Assembly (NCBI GenBank): GCA_043228905.1
Contig: JBHGNT010000004.1
Coordinates: forward strand, 9,982,001-10,046,000
Direction: 5' to 3'
Source: Azolla caroliniana
Lineage: Eukaryota; Plantae; Polypodiophyta
DNA length: 64,000 nt
Positions 53,001 to 64,000 of the stretch are shown in pieces. Below the pieces are notes generated by a model. That model saw nothing but the letters and a program-made list of their open reading frames with translations. It was not told the origin of the DNA and made no database searches. The stretch's first letter is position 1. Each line of letters opens with the position of its first letter. The position numbers and the translations under genes were made by a program.

Positions 53001-55287
53001 ACGTCCGAGTGGACTAAATCGAGAGGTCTCGTTTCTCTTGGTGCTGATGTCGGGTGTGATGCGGCTGCTTGTTTGCCATACTGGCAATGTTCGCAGAATT
53101 GATGGTCCGAGAAGGAGAGTTTAGGGATGTATCTGGCTCTAGATAGGTGCGTAATGCCGGCCTTGCTGAGGTGTCCTAATCTTCTGTGCCATAGTGATGA
53201 CACAGGAATATCCACCAAAAACAGGTTACCCTCTCTGAGCGTAACATGTAACGGATACAGTGAGTGTATCTTGGGTCCTCTAGCAAGCAGGAGGTTCCCC
53301 CTGTGGAGTGTCCACCCTCCCGAAGAAAAACCGGCACGAATGCCGTCTTCATCTAGTTGTCCGACTGAGATCAATGGCCTTGAGAGCTCGGGTACATGTC
53401 GGACATTGTGAAGTACAAGTGTAGAGCCACCTGCAAGGTTGAGCTCTACTGTGCCGATTCCAATGATGTCACAGTGTTGCGAGTTGCCGACTCGAACTGA
53501 GTCGGAGTGACGGGTCGTATATTGCCGAAATTGGGATCGATGAGGAGTCACGTGAAATGACGCGCCCGAATCTAAGAGCCATGTGCTCGATTCTTCAGTC
53601 GTGAGCAGAACTTCTGATCTGACTGGATTTTCGATTGATAGTATATTCGGGTCGTTTGGTAGCACATCAGCTGAGAAGCTGACGTAATTGATCTCCTCAT
53701 GCCGGCCACTCTTCTTGTCTGATTTCTGAGACTTGTCGTTCTTGTTCTTGAGTGCGCGGCAGTCGGCTTTGATGTGTCCGGGTTTCTTGCAATAGTTGCA
53801 GATTCGATTATCCCGTGACTGGCTCCGTCTTCGCTGATTGTTCGGCTGCCGTGAGGAATCTCTTCCTCGTATGTTCGATCGGTTTGTCGAACCTTGTACT
53901 ACATAAGCGTCGTCTGTTGAGTCTTTGGCGAAAGACTTTCTCCGAGCTGCTTCGGTCAGGATTGCGCTCGTGACTTCGGAGTATTTAACAGCCGTGGTTG
54001 ACGCGTTTCACACGGTTGTGACGAAAGTTTCCCATGATGAGGGAAGGCTGCTCATGAGTATCATTGCTCTGAGTTCATCCTCGATTGCCGTCCCCTGAGA
54101 TGAGATTTGGGAGCTTATGCTTTCGTACTCATTGAGATGTGCTTGAACCGAATCTGATTCTTTCATCCGCAAGTTGTAGAGGCGCCGGATCAGAAACATC
54201 TTTGTTGCAGCGACCTTCTTTTCGTAAGTGTCCGACAGTGTTTTCCACAGTTCGAATGCTGTCGTACACGATTGCACCGTAAAGTATACCGATTCCGATA
54301 GGTGCATCCGAATCGTGGCGCGGACGATTCTGTCCAGCTTCTGCCACTCAATTGGTTTCTATCCTTCTGGAGGTTCTTCATTTTCGATGGGATCGATTTG
54401 CCCCTTGACTATGAGATAGTCCTGCATTTGCTCCTTCCAGAAGTTGAAGTTCAATCCATCGAACTTTCGTAGACTCATTTCTGACGAGCCCGATGTTGAT
54501 GCCATCAAATTTGGTTTCGGTTGACGAAGCTCGGTTCGGAGTTGACTACGAACCTTGTTGGAGTGCAGCCGGTTGGCTCACCCGATATCGTTCTAGTCGG
54601 ATTTGGACCCGAGTCGGTTCGGTTTCGGATATATGTATTGTTGAACTTGCTCGAATTGACTCCGGTAACTTGAGGGACAGAACCGACTGGTCTTCCCGAA
54701 TGTTGCCGAGTCGGAGTGAGCCCGGTTCGCTTCCGAATATATATGCCAAATACCGATTATTGAAACCGATTGTCTGGACCGATTCTGCTTCGGGTGACTG
54801 CAGCGACGAGAGAGACGGATCCAACTGATCCTCCCGAATGTCGATCAGCCGGATGAAGCACGAATTTGGGTTGTTGTCTTGAGACCGATCTGCACCGAGT
54901 GGTTACAATGAGCGGCGAGCAGCGTTTGATGACCTCTTCGGATGCCGTTTAACCGAGTGGAGCACGATCGTGTCAATGTTGCACAAGGGGATTTCACCTC
55001 GAGCGGTTACGATCACAAGGAACAGAGTACAACCGGCTGGCTTACTCCAAGCGAAGATGATCTAACGCGATGAGATGCAAGCCTCGTTTTTCTTCTTCTT
55101 CTCTCTTCTTCGAATGACGCAAGAAACCGAATGCTGTGCAGGCTGAGACGACGGCCGACAACGGGTTGAAGGACCGAATACTGTGCAGGCTCTGATACCA
55201 AATGTTGAAGACAAGGCCGTCAATGCGGAAGATCAAATAGCATTCGATTCGAGTTGAGTACCTGCGTCTGACAGTTTCCAAGATCGT

Positions 55288-55333
<46 letters not shown>

Positions 55334-55526
55334 AGAGAGACACACAAAGACTCTTTCTATTCAATAGAAACAATAATACAACCAACCTTACAAAAAGGTT
55401 ACTAGGTCACTTTATATAGTGACCGACTTAGGGCAACTACCATTTATGCTAATTACACAAATGGCCCAAACTTGAGCTATACAAAGGGATAGTGTGAATA
55501 CGTCCATTATACACTTGTATTCGACA
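49952..55526 (-). mobile_element. Young full-length Ty1/Copia (Tnt1/Tork-like, element C), antisense
   Basis: LTRs 55203-55526 and 49952-50281, identical except for the (GA)n tract. TSD GGAAG. iMet PBS at 55189-55200, PPT at 50282-50290. gag-pol 54505-50475 contains WLLDSGAS, LVHSDVCGP, QLDVKTAFLHG, YVDDML and STTEAEY. Confidence 0.97.
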
Positions 55527-56080
55527 GGAAGGGCCATAGAGAAAGTGAGTGTTGGAAGAAAAGAGCCGATTCTGACAAAGCCAAATCGAGCCGGAAAGAT
55601 GCAGACAGGCGTCACCGATCGCACTTCGTCGGAGACTCAGTTAGAGCTGGGTCAGGATCGACCCTCGTAATGAAGCATGAGGCCAACTGGATGGGAGCTT
55701 CTGACTCGAAGTAGGAAGAAGTTTGGTATGCGGACTCCAAAGCTTCAAATCATATGACGAACCACAAAGAGTGGTTCTCCTTTCTTGAGAAGCCGGAGAA
55801 CTCGTGGGTGGTTGAAACCGGAGATGACACCCCCACACCCCATTGAGCATGTCAGGGATGTCCCTCTGAGTCATATTGGCCAAAAGGGAATCATGAGGAA
55901 CATCCTGCATGTACCGACGATCACCAAGAACTTGGTGTCAGTCGGCGAGATCGTGGATCAAGGAATGCAGGTTCGGTTCACTCACCACGGATGCTTCATT
56001 GAGGAGGAAGGCCGGATCATTGTGCAATGGCGCCGGGATGGAATAATGTTCATCCTTGAAACCAATGATGTAGGCACCGC

Positions 56081-56775
56081 TGTCATGAAGGATTTGCTTC
56101 ACGATATAAAAATAAACTTAAATATTGTATTGAGTAAAATTTAAGAGACTTGAACCCTCAACCTTATCTACCAAGTACAAAGTACAACCACTAGGCTAGG
56201 TTCTTTATTATTAAAATTGCTTTCCATCATTGTACTTATCCATGTCTATTTTCATACATGAGAGCTCAAATGAGCGAGATGTCTATCATGCATCACATGT
56301 AATGCATGTACGCCAAATGGCGATCATGCATGTCTTGTACCCGCACATGCATTGTATGCATGGGGGCACCTATAAAAAGAGTGAAAGGGAAAAGAAGGAA
56401 AGCAATGAAGAGAAAGTAAGAAATCAAATAATTTATTAATCAAGAAAGTTAGCTCATTCGAGAAGTGTCTTGTCTTTCGAAGTTGAAGTGAAGGGTTCAA
56501 ATCTGGAGTTTGATAGGGGAAAAGTTTCATCTTTGTGATCTAGCATTGTAAAGCTGGTAAAATCTTGGATTTTCAATATAATACATAATCTTATCATAAC
56601 TCTTACTTCTTTAATCATATATTGTCTCTATCTCTTCTCTTTACTAATATCTCTCTCGCACATTACTTTCAACTTTTATTCCTCGTATCCTTAATCTGTG
56701 TGACATTGTCGCACAATCCTTATAAAAACTTGCTCAAACTCCCCTTGACCTTAGTTCGTGTGACTTCGCCGCACG
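56081..56775 (+). mobile_element. LTR of the tRNA-box/RY-repeat LTR group; 3' border uncertain
   Basis: Starts TGTCATGAAG with a terminal hairpin exactly where the host Copia sequence stops. Contains antisense A/B boxes, CATGCA arrays and TATAAAAA, with the same layout as the LTRs at 59690 and 60506. No TSD found. Confidence 0.65.
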
Positions 56776-57783
56776 CATGAGAACTAGACATACGAATTGA
56801 CCGAGTTGTCGAAAGGAAAGAAGACACTCTGAAATAAGTGGGTATATAAATTGAAACCGTGAGATGGTGGGAATCCACCCAGATACAAGGCCCGTATTTG
56901 TAGTGAAAGGCTTTCATCAGAAGAAGGGCATGGATTTCGATGAAATATTTGCCCTGGTAGTGAATATGACATCCATACGGATAGTGCTGAGCATTGCGAC
57001 CAACATGGACTTAGAAGTCGAACAATTGGATGTCAAAATGACATTCCTACATGGAGATTTAGAGGAAGAAATCTACATGTAGCAGTAGGAAGGATTCGAA
57101 GAGAAAGGTAAAGAGAACCTGGTATGCCAACTGAGGAAGAGCTTGTATGGATTGAAGCAAGCTCCCCGGAAATGGTATCGAAAATTCGAATCCTTCATGG
57201 TGGATCATGGCTTCAACAAGACACAAGCCGATCATTGTCTCTTTGTTAAGAAATATGATGAATGAGACTTCCTCATCCTCCTATTGTATGTTGACGACAT
57301 GTTAATTTTCGGATAGGACTCAAAGAAATTAGAAGTTTAAGGAAGGCCCTGAGAAAATCGTTTGCGATGAAGGATATGGGTCCGGAAAAGCAGGTCCTGG
57401 GGATGCACATTATTCAGGATCGAACAAAGAAGCTGTTATGGTTGTCACAAGAGAAATACGTGTCGAAGGTGCTCTAGAGATTCAACATGCAGAATGCGAA
57501 ACCGGTCGGCTCGACACTGTCGACAAACAACAAGTTGTCCAGAAGTCAATGTCCGAATACGAAAACGCAGAAGGCTGAGATGAGCAAGGTCCCGTATGCC
57601 TCAACAGTCGAAAGCCTGATGTATGCAATGGTTTACACTGGGCCAGACATCGCATATGCAGTCGGAGTCATCAACCGATATATGAGCAATCCTGGAGAGA
57701 GCATTGGGCAACGATCAAATGGATACTTTGGTACATGAGAGGCACCTTGAATGTGTGCCTCTGATTCGGCTCAAGTAACCCCA
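56776..57783 (+). pseudogene. Decayed Copia reverse transcriptase fragment (Tnt1-like)
   Basis: KWVYKL, EQLDVKMTFLHGDLEEEIYM, SLYGLKQAPRKWY, LYVDDML, MSKVPYASTVESLMYAM; many stops. Confidence 0.85.
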
Positions 57784-58950
57784 TGTTGAGCGGCAAGCTC
57801 AACCGGATCCGAATCGGCATTTGAGAGGATGAGCCATATCGGTGAGCCGGTGAGCTGGGGAGCCGGTTAGCCGGATCAAGCAGTAACCAGAAGCCTAGTA
57901 GCAACTAGACTACTAGGTAGTTAATGTCTTGTAGTTAGTGTCAGACGCTCGTGTGAGCATTGAAGTACACTGTACTTCTGTCAGTTCTCTTAGGACTTGT
58001 ATGAATAGTGATGTTGAGCATGTCGTATGTACAGAGTTTTAGAGTTGATTTTTGAATTGAGTTTTATGTTCTGCTCTTTCTCTGTCTCTCCCGCGTACTG
58101 TGTATATTCAAGCTCTCCATTAAACATGCATTTCTGTTTTCGGTTTTCTATTGCTTCCGCACACTATTCTTTTTACATGGTATCAGAGCGCGAGGGTTGA
58201 GAACCTCTGCAGCCGACATCAGCATCTGAAGACAAACCCTAAAAACAGAAAGAGAAGTAATGGACAGAGGAATGGCTAGCTCGCTCCCGGTGGAGAAGCT
58301 CGACAGATCCAACTATGCATCTTGGTCATACAAGATGCACAAGTACCTACTTGGGCATGGTTACTGGAGCTATGTCGACGGAGTTAACAACACAACACCT
58401 GATGCGGCACATAAGGACTTCCTAGTGTGGGAACAAGCGGTAAGCAGAGTGATGTACTGCTTTGCGTCCAGTGTTGGAGACCAGCTGCTGAGCCATGTCC
58501 GAGATGCCAAGACGCTAAAAGAAGCTTGGGGAAATTTGAAGAAGGTTTTTGCGGCAAGCACTACGGCCCGGAAGCTGCAACTCCGACAGGAGTTGAACAA
58601 TGTCCAACAGAAGGACATGTCGGTAGTCGATTACATGGCCCGAATCAAAGAGATCTGTGACTCACTTGCCTCTATCAACGTCACTATAGAGGAAGATGAG
58701 ATGGTGCAGATCTGTCTTGGTATCAGAGCGTTCCGAACGGCGGTATGTACAAGGGAGAATACACCGTCATTTTTTGACTTACAATTGATGCTCCTTGTAG
58801 AGGAGAACCACACCGGTGCGTCAACAAGTGCACCCATTGACAACCGGATGCTATACACAAAGGCGGATCCGCCCGGTGGGCATGGTGGATGAGGCAGATC
58901 AGTTTGCAATGGTAGCGGCCGGCTAGAGCAGGACCGAAGGCATGGATGGG
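57784..58950 (+). mobile_element. 5' fragment of family-A Copia (LTR, PBS, gag)
   Basis: LTR 57784-58177, PBS TGGTATCAGAGC at 58178, gag ORF 58260-58892 (MDRGMASSLPVEKLDRSNYASW...) nearly identical to element B gag. Confidence 0.9.
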
Positions 58951-59689
58951 AAGAGGAGCACGAGTTGAAGAAGGGATCGAAAAAGCAATCGATTGTTCGA
59001 TTCGGTCTTCACCGAATAATTGAATCCTAATCGATTCAGCTAATAACCGAATCAGAGGGCTATATCTGTAAATAGAGTTAATGAACCCGTGTGGGCTATA
59101 TTTGTAAATAGCCCTGAATGTTGTATTAGTATAAATACACCTAGGGCAATCATTATGTGATGAGGAGTATGATCATTATTGCTGTAAAGTTGTAATTGGT
59201 TATTGCCACAGTGTCGTGAAGATTTTCGGCGATAGTGTGAAACTTGTAAGGGACATACGAAATCGAGCGTGGTTCTTCTCACGAAATATAAAACAATAAT
59301 AGTAATGATACTATCTTAAATACGTTTAATATCTTGATACAAAAAGATGGAGGTCTTGAAGAGCTTCTAAATGTGCTTTACTATGTAGGAAACGGACATC
59401 TAAGTGTCAAGTTGTATGGGTATGAAGTTTGCAAAGAAGAAGAGCAAAATATGTGATATCCCACCATATACAAGGCAGAGCAAAAGCTATTATCTTTGTG
59501 TCTATGTGTGGAGCATAGAAAGGTTAAGTTGTATGACTTAACGAATTGATGAAGTCGAATGCATATTACTATGTGTTTTGGACAAATCTGGCAACGGTGT
59601 CCAACGGCGACCGACGGTGTTCGACATCCGACATCACCCGACGACCGTGACTGACGGAGCCGACGAGAAAACGACGGGACGGAGGAATG

Positions 59690-60505
59690 CCTTGTAAAAA
59701 TACATTAATAATAAAAAACATATATATATATATATATATGTATATTCAAAAGGAGTGCAAGTGAAGACTTGATCCTTGCACCTCCATATTGAGAGTCTAT
59801 AGACTTACCACTAGGCTATGTCATTTCTTTAGAAATGTTTTCCCTATCATTATAGTTTTACATGTAAATTCTCATATTAGAGCTTAATTGAGTGAGATGT
59901 GATGCATGAGCGCCCAATGGCAAACATGCATCGCATGCATTCCATGCATTGTATGCATGACTTGTACCCTCACATGCATCATATGCATGGGTGCGTCTAT
60001 AAGAGGATGGATGAAAAGGATCAAAGGGATGTTATGTTTTTTTTCAAGAATTTAAGAAGAAGAAAAATTCGTTCTCCATTTGATTATATATCTTGTCTCT
60101 CAAATCTAAAGTTAAGTTCGATCTTATCTCTCTCACTCTCTATCTCTCGCCATATTAATCTTATCTCAATCTCTCTCCCTCAATCCATCTTAAATCCTTT
60201 CTCACTAAAGCTAGTGCGTGCTTCGAGTCCTTCCGGTCCAGAACCCCGACGGGTCCGCCTCAAGGATCAAATCGAGGATCAACCGATACTTGGAGATGGC
60301 GTCCTCAAGCAATCAAGCGGGAGACTTCGAAAGGATGATGCTGATCGTCGAACAAATGATGAGATTTCGAGACAACGATGCAAGCGTGGAGAAGGCCGTC
60401 CACCGTGTCGTGGAGCTCGAGGGTCAATTCGATGGAAGGAACATTACGAAGTTCCTTGACGCATACAAAAGGGAGATGAATCAACAAGACGTGTCTGAAG
60501 CACGT
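59690..60505 (+). mobile_element. LTR plus gag N-terminus of a Gypsy-like element, interrupted by the element at 60506
   Basis: LTR-like region with A/B boxes, CATGCA arrays and TATAAG. The ORF from about 60296 (MASSSNQAGDFERMM...GQFDGRNITKFLDAYKREM) is homologous to the gag-like ORF at 61449. Borders approximate. Confidence 0.6.
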
Positions 60506-61448
60506 TGTCGTAGTGTATTTCGTACACTACGTGAAAAAGTAAAAATAATATAACCGATTTAATTACATATAAATAAATAAAATAAGAATATTAAGATATT
60601 TATCACCAATAAATAAAATAAGAATATCAAGATATTTATCACGTGCATAGGGCAAGATTCAAACCATGTACCTCCACGTAGCCAAACTTCAACTTTACCA
60701 TTATGCTACCTTATCTTTAGTGTTCTATAAATAGATTTAATAACTATAAGTGCTTTATTTGCGCCTACCTTTATTAAAAGGTAAATCATGTATTTTTAGA
60801 GTGCGTGAATATTTTATAGAAAAACGCAAGCGACTAAAAAGTGACTCATGCACATCTAGCGTGCATGAGCACTATATTTAGCAAATAAAAGCAAGGATTA
60901 GAAAAGCATCACATGCACATTTAGTGTGCATGAACATATTAGAAAAAAAAGCATGTAGCTATGCTTAGTCTCTCCCATCACTACATAAGGATGGGGAGCA
61001 CAATGTAATAGGTGTGTGAAAAATATTTGGGAAATTGGATATATTTCCTAAAACACCAACAATCAATAAAATATACTCGTGGGATTCACGAAGTTTAAGA
61101 TAATCTATCTCTTTCAATCTAAATTCATATTCTTACATAAATATTGATTAATGTAATACTTGTGGGATTCACAAGGTTTGATCTCTTTTCTCAATCTACT
61201 CTAATCTATTCTAAATTATTTCAATTTATTACTACGATTTAGATAAACTAAAACAATTATACTTGTGGGATTCACAAGTTTCTATATCTCTTTCTTATAA
61301 TCTATTCATATTCATAACTAGATTAGCCTCAAATTCTTTCTCCTCCTAGTCCAAAACCTCGGTGGTTCCCACCCGACTCACGCAACGATCCGGAGCCGAA
61401 AGGCACGACACAGTTGGTGAACCCGACGTGAAGGCGGGTGGCAAGGAG

Positions 61449-63107
61449 ATGGAGAATCAACAAGAGGCGATGAACATGATGATGATGATGTTCGAGAGAA
61501 TGCTACAAGAACAACGCGAGATGTCGGAGATCACGACAGTAGTACAACGGCTCGTGCAACAGAACGGGCAAATCGATGGAAAGGACGTGTCACGCTATCT
61601 ACGTGACTACAAAATGGAGATGTTGCGATATGGTATCTCAGAAAGATTGCAAGTGTTATCTTTCAACCGGGTGGCTACGGATGAGCTTCAAGAGAGAATC
61701 CACGAGATACGACAACAAAGCCCGATGTGGGAGTCCTTTGAAGAAGCTATACGAGACACATATGACTATCTAAGACCGAAGCGGACGAGGACATGGTCCA
61801 CGAACGGCGGTCAACAGTGGGTGAAAAGCGGCCACCGACTACCACCGAAGGAGAGCTTGATGCGGAAGGGTTCGGAGATGCATGAAAAGTCGCAAGTCGA
61901 CATTGAAGGGGAGCTTAAAACCGAACCAAAGTCGAGGCCAACAAAGGACGAGGAGGAGGAAGATCGAGGACGAAAGGGTATCCCCACACCGGTTCCAGAG
62001 ACTTCGGCGGCTGTGCCCGTGCACCAACGTGAGACCGGAGAGACGGAATGTGTCGGTGGAAAAGTGGAGGACCGGAAGGGCAACGAGGAAGACAAAGTAA
62101 ATGAGCACGAACGAAGGGATTCCTTCACCATTGTTTCGGAGACTTCGGTACTGGAGCCCGGGTGTCGACATAACACCGAAGATAAGGAAAGTGGCAGCAA
62201 CGAAACGAAGGTCGAAGCCGATGCATACGAAGGAGAGATAGCCAAGGAGAACATGGCTATGGGTGAAACAATGGAAGATGATAATACCGAGGATTCCTAC
62301 CCACTAATTCTAGAGACTTCGGCAGTTGTGTCCGAGAACCAACGTGAGACCGGAGAGACGGGAGGTGGCAGCAAGAAAGGTAATATCGGAAGCCGGTTTG
62401 GATGGAAGGTGATCCGGACGGGATTTCGATCCGAAAGAAAGCCGAACCGGGTAAAAGAGGATTCGACCAAAAGTCGACCCGAAAGAAAGCTGAACCGAAA
62501 GGAAGAGAATTCGGCCGAAAGACGACACAAACGAAAGCCGAACCGGGCGAATGAGGATTCGGCCGAAAGACGACCCGAAAGAAAGCCGACCCGAAAAGGG
62601 GTCGACTCGGTCAAAACCGATCGACTGAGTCTGACTTGGCCGAACGCGAATATGGATGGAAGCCGACCTAGCCGAAAGCCGATCGGACGAAACCGATCCG
62701 AAAAGAAGCTAATCCGACTCAACCGGAGGTTGGACCGGTCGAGGCTGGTGAAAACGAGAAAAAGAAAGCCAACCGAAACCGAAACCGATAGATCGAAACC
62801 GGGGCGGAAGGAGACCGACTCAATCAAAACCGAACAACCGATTCCGATTCGGCCGAATACGAATCCGATCGGAAGCCGATCAAACCGAAAGTTGATCGGA
62901 CGAGAGCGATCCGGAAAAAAGTCAAGGTTGATGAAGACAAGAAAGAGGCCAGTAAAAGACACTACCACGAATGACAAGGGCCAAGAATATGACGAGAGAG
63001 AACAAAGAATATGGTGGATCGGATGGCGACAATGGTTCGGGTGGAAAGAATGGGTCTACTCAAAATGGAGAGACAAAGTTGACATAGCGGGACAAAACGG
63101 AGGATGA
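61449..63107 (+). CDS. Gag-like protein with acidic and basic repetitive C-terminal extension (552 aa)
   Basis: Uninterrupted ORF filling the whole internal region. N-terminus GQIDGKDVSRYLRDYKMEM...WESFEEAIRDTY is gag-like. It is followed by ETSA..QRETGET repeats, ERKPNR..EDS repeats and a Trp-rich tail. Confidence 0.75.
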   Translation: MENQQEAMNMMMMMFERMLQEQREMSEITTVVQRLVQQNGQIDGKDVSRYLRDYKMEMLRYGISERLQVLSFNRVATDELQERIHEIRQQSPMWESFEEAIRDTYDYLRPKRTRTWSTNGGQQWVKSGHRLPPKESLMRKGSEMHEKSQVDIEGELKTEPKSRPTKDEEEEDRGRKGIPTPVPETSAAVPVHQRETGETECVGGKVEDRKGNEEDKVNEHERRDSFTIVSETSVLEPGCRHNTEDKESGSNETKVEADAYEGEIAKENMAMGETMEDDNTEDSYPLILETSAVVSENQRETGETGGGSKKGNIGSRFGWKVIRTGFRSERKPNRVKEDSTKSRPERKLNRKEENSAERRHKRKPNRANEDSAERRPERKPTRKGVDSVKTDRLSLTWPNANMDGSRPSRKPIGRNRSEKKLIRLNRRLDRSRLVKTRKRKPTETETDRSKPGRKETDSIKTEQPIPIRPNTNPIGSRSNRKLIGRERSGKKSRLMKTRKRPVKDTTTNDKGQEYDEREQRIWWIGWRQWFGWKEWVYSKWRDKVDIAGQNGG

Positions 63108-63323
63108 AGGGGAGACAACGAGCATCGGCAACTTCGGCACATACCGGAGGATGTGCGGGTTCGGAGGGGGCGAGTGTCGTAGTGTATTTCGTACACTACG
63201 TGAAAAAGTAAAAATAATATAACCGATTTAATTACATATAAATAAATAAAATAAGAATATTAAGATATTTATCACCAATAAATAAAATAAGAATATCAAG
63301 ATATTTATCACGTGCATAGGGCA

Positions 63324-63377
63324 AGATTCGAACCATGTACCTCCACGTAGCCAAACTTCAACTTTACCATTATGCTA
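63324..63377 (-). promoter_or_regulatory. tRNA-like RNA polymerase III type-2 internal promoter (A and B box) within the LTR
   Basis: Minus strand reads TAGCATAATGG...GAGGTACATGGTTCGAATCT with tRNA-like spacing. Homologous cassettes at 60655-60708, 59764-59818 and 56145-56198. Confidence 0.6.
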
Positions 63378-64000
63378 CCTTATCTTTAGTGTTCTATAAA
63401 TAGATTTAATAACTATAAGTGCTTTATTTGCGCCTACCTTTATTAAAAGGTAAATCATGTATTTTTAGAGTGCGTGAATATTTTATAGAAAAACGCAAGC
63501 GACTAAAAAGTGACTCATGCACATCTAGCGTGCATGAGCACTATATTTAGCAAATAAAAGCAAGGATTAGAAAAGCATCACATGCACATTTAGTGTGCAT
63601 GAACATATTAGAAAAAAAGCATGTAGCTATGCTTAGTCTCTCCCATCACTACATAAGGATGGGGAGCACAATGTAATAGGTGTGTGAAAAATATTTGGGA
63701 AATTGGATATATTTCCTAAAACACCAACAATCAATAAAATATACTCGTGGGATTCACGAAGTTTAAGATAATCTATCTCTTTCAATCTAAATTCATATTC
63801 TTACATAAATATTGATTAATGTAATACTTGTGGGATTCACAAGGTTTGATCTCTTTTCTCAATCTACTCTAATCTATTCTAAATTATTTCAATTTATTAC
63901 TACGATTTAGATAAACTAAAACAATTATACTTGTGGGATTCACAAGTTTCTATATCTCTTTCTTATAATCTATTCATATTCATAACTAGATTAGCCTCAA

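Larger units (their letters stand above)
36885..56080 (+). mobile_element. Host family-A Ty1/Copia element (5' LTR, gag, protease), fragmented by nested insertions; 3' part missing
   Basis: 5' LTR pieces 36885-37015, 42625-42830 and 43316-43383. PBS TGGTATTAGAGC at 43384. gag pieces about 43460-44124, 49804-49951 and 55532-56080. The zinc knuckle CWYCGRK|GHRESEC is split by element C. Pieces rejoin at the TSDs. Confidence 0.85.
60506..64000 (+). mobile_element. Non-autonomous gag-only LTR retrotransposon (TR-GAG-like) with about 905-bp LTRs; 3' LTR runs off the window
   Basis: 5' LTR 60506-61410 (TGTCGT...ACGACA); 3' LTR from 63175. By eye they differ by 1 substitution and 1 poly-A indel over 826 bp. 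PBS TGGTGAACCCGACGTGAA at 61415-61432; PPT GGAGGGGGCGAG at 63163-63174; no pol motifs. Confidence 0.9.

Noticed and set aside
54493-54828. ORFs in the 5' leader of element C
   Set aside because: Short, present on both strands and without motifs. They cannot be distinguished from chance openness in a GC-rich leader.
60655-60715. Possible true tRNA gene on the minus strand inside the LTR
   Set aside because: A and B boxes are present but the D, anticodon and T stems do not pair convincingly. Reported as a tRNA-like promoter, not a tRNA.
61811-62977. Antisense ORFs of 147 and 226 aa
   Set aside because: Shadows of the repetitive purine-rich sense ORF, with no recognisable motif.

Overview
Eukaryotic land-plant genomic DNA. 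The Tcn1-type chromovirus suggests a non-seed plant such as a fern or lycophyte (inference). Bases 1-33.8 kb are genic. They hold the last four coding exons of a RanBP1-domain/NUP50-like gene (+) converging on a complete 19-exon BEACH-domain gene (SPIRRIG-like, - strand, about 3593 aa by my exon reconstruction). Its introns carry LINE remnants, a deleted Copia and a hAT-like MITE. Bases 34.3-64 kb are a stack of nested LTR retrotransposons: one Copia host interrupted by a Gypsy chromovirus, a solo LTR, a same-family Copia, a very young antisense Copia and another LTR, followed by a gag-only element with near-identical LTRs and a tRNA-Trp PBS. Most notable observations: (1) three related LTR types each carry an antisense tRNA-like Pol III A/B-box cassette with a T4 terminator in U3; (2) Tf1-type self-priming complementarity in the chromovirus; (3) telomere repeats at a Copia RNase H deletion breakpoint; (4) polypurine tracts enclosed by inverted repeats in several unrelated elements. 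All coordinates were read by eye and no database searches were run.
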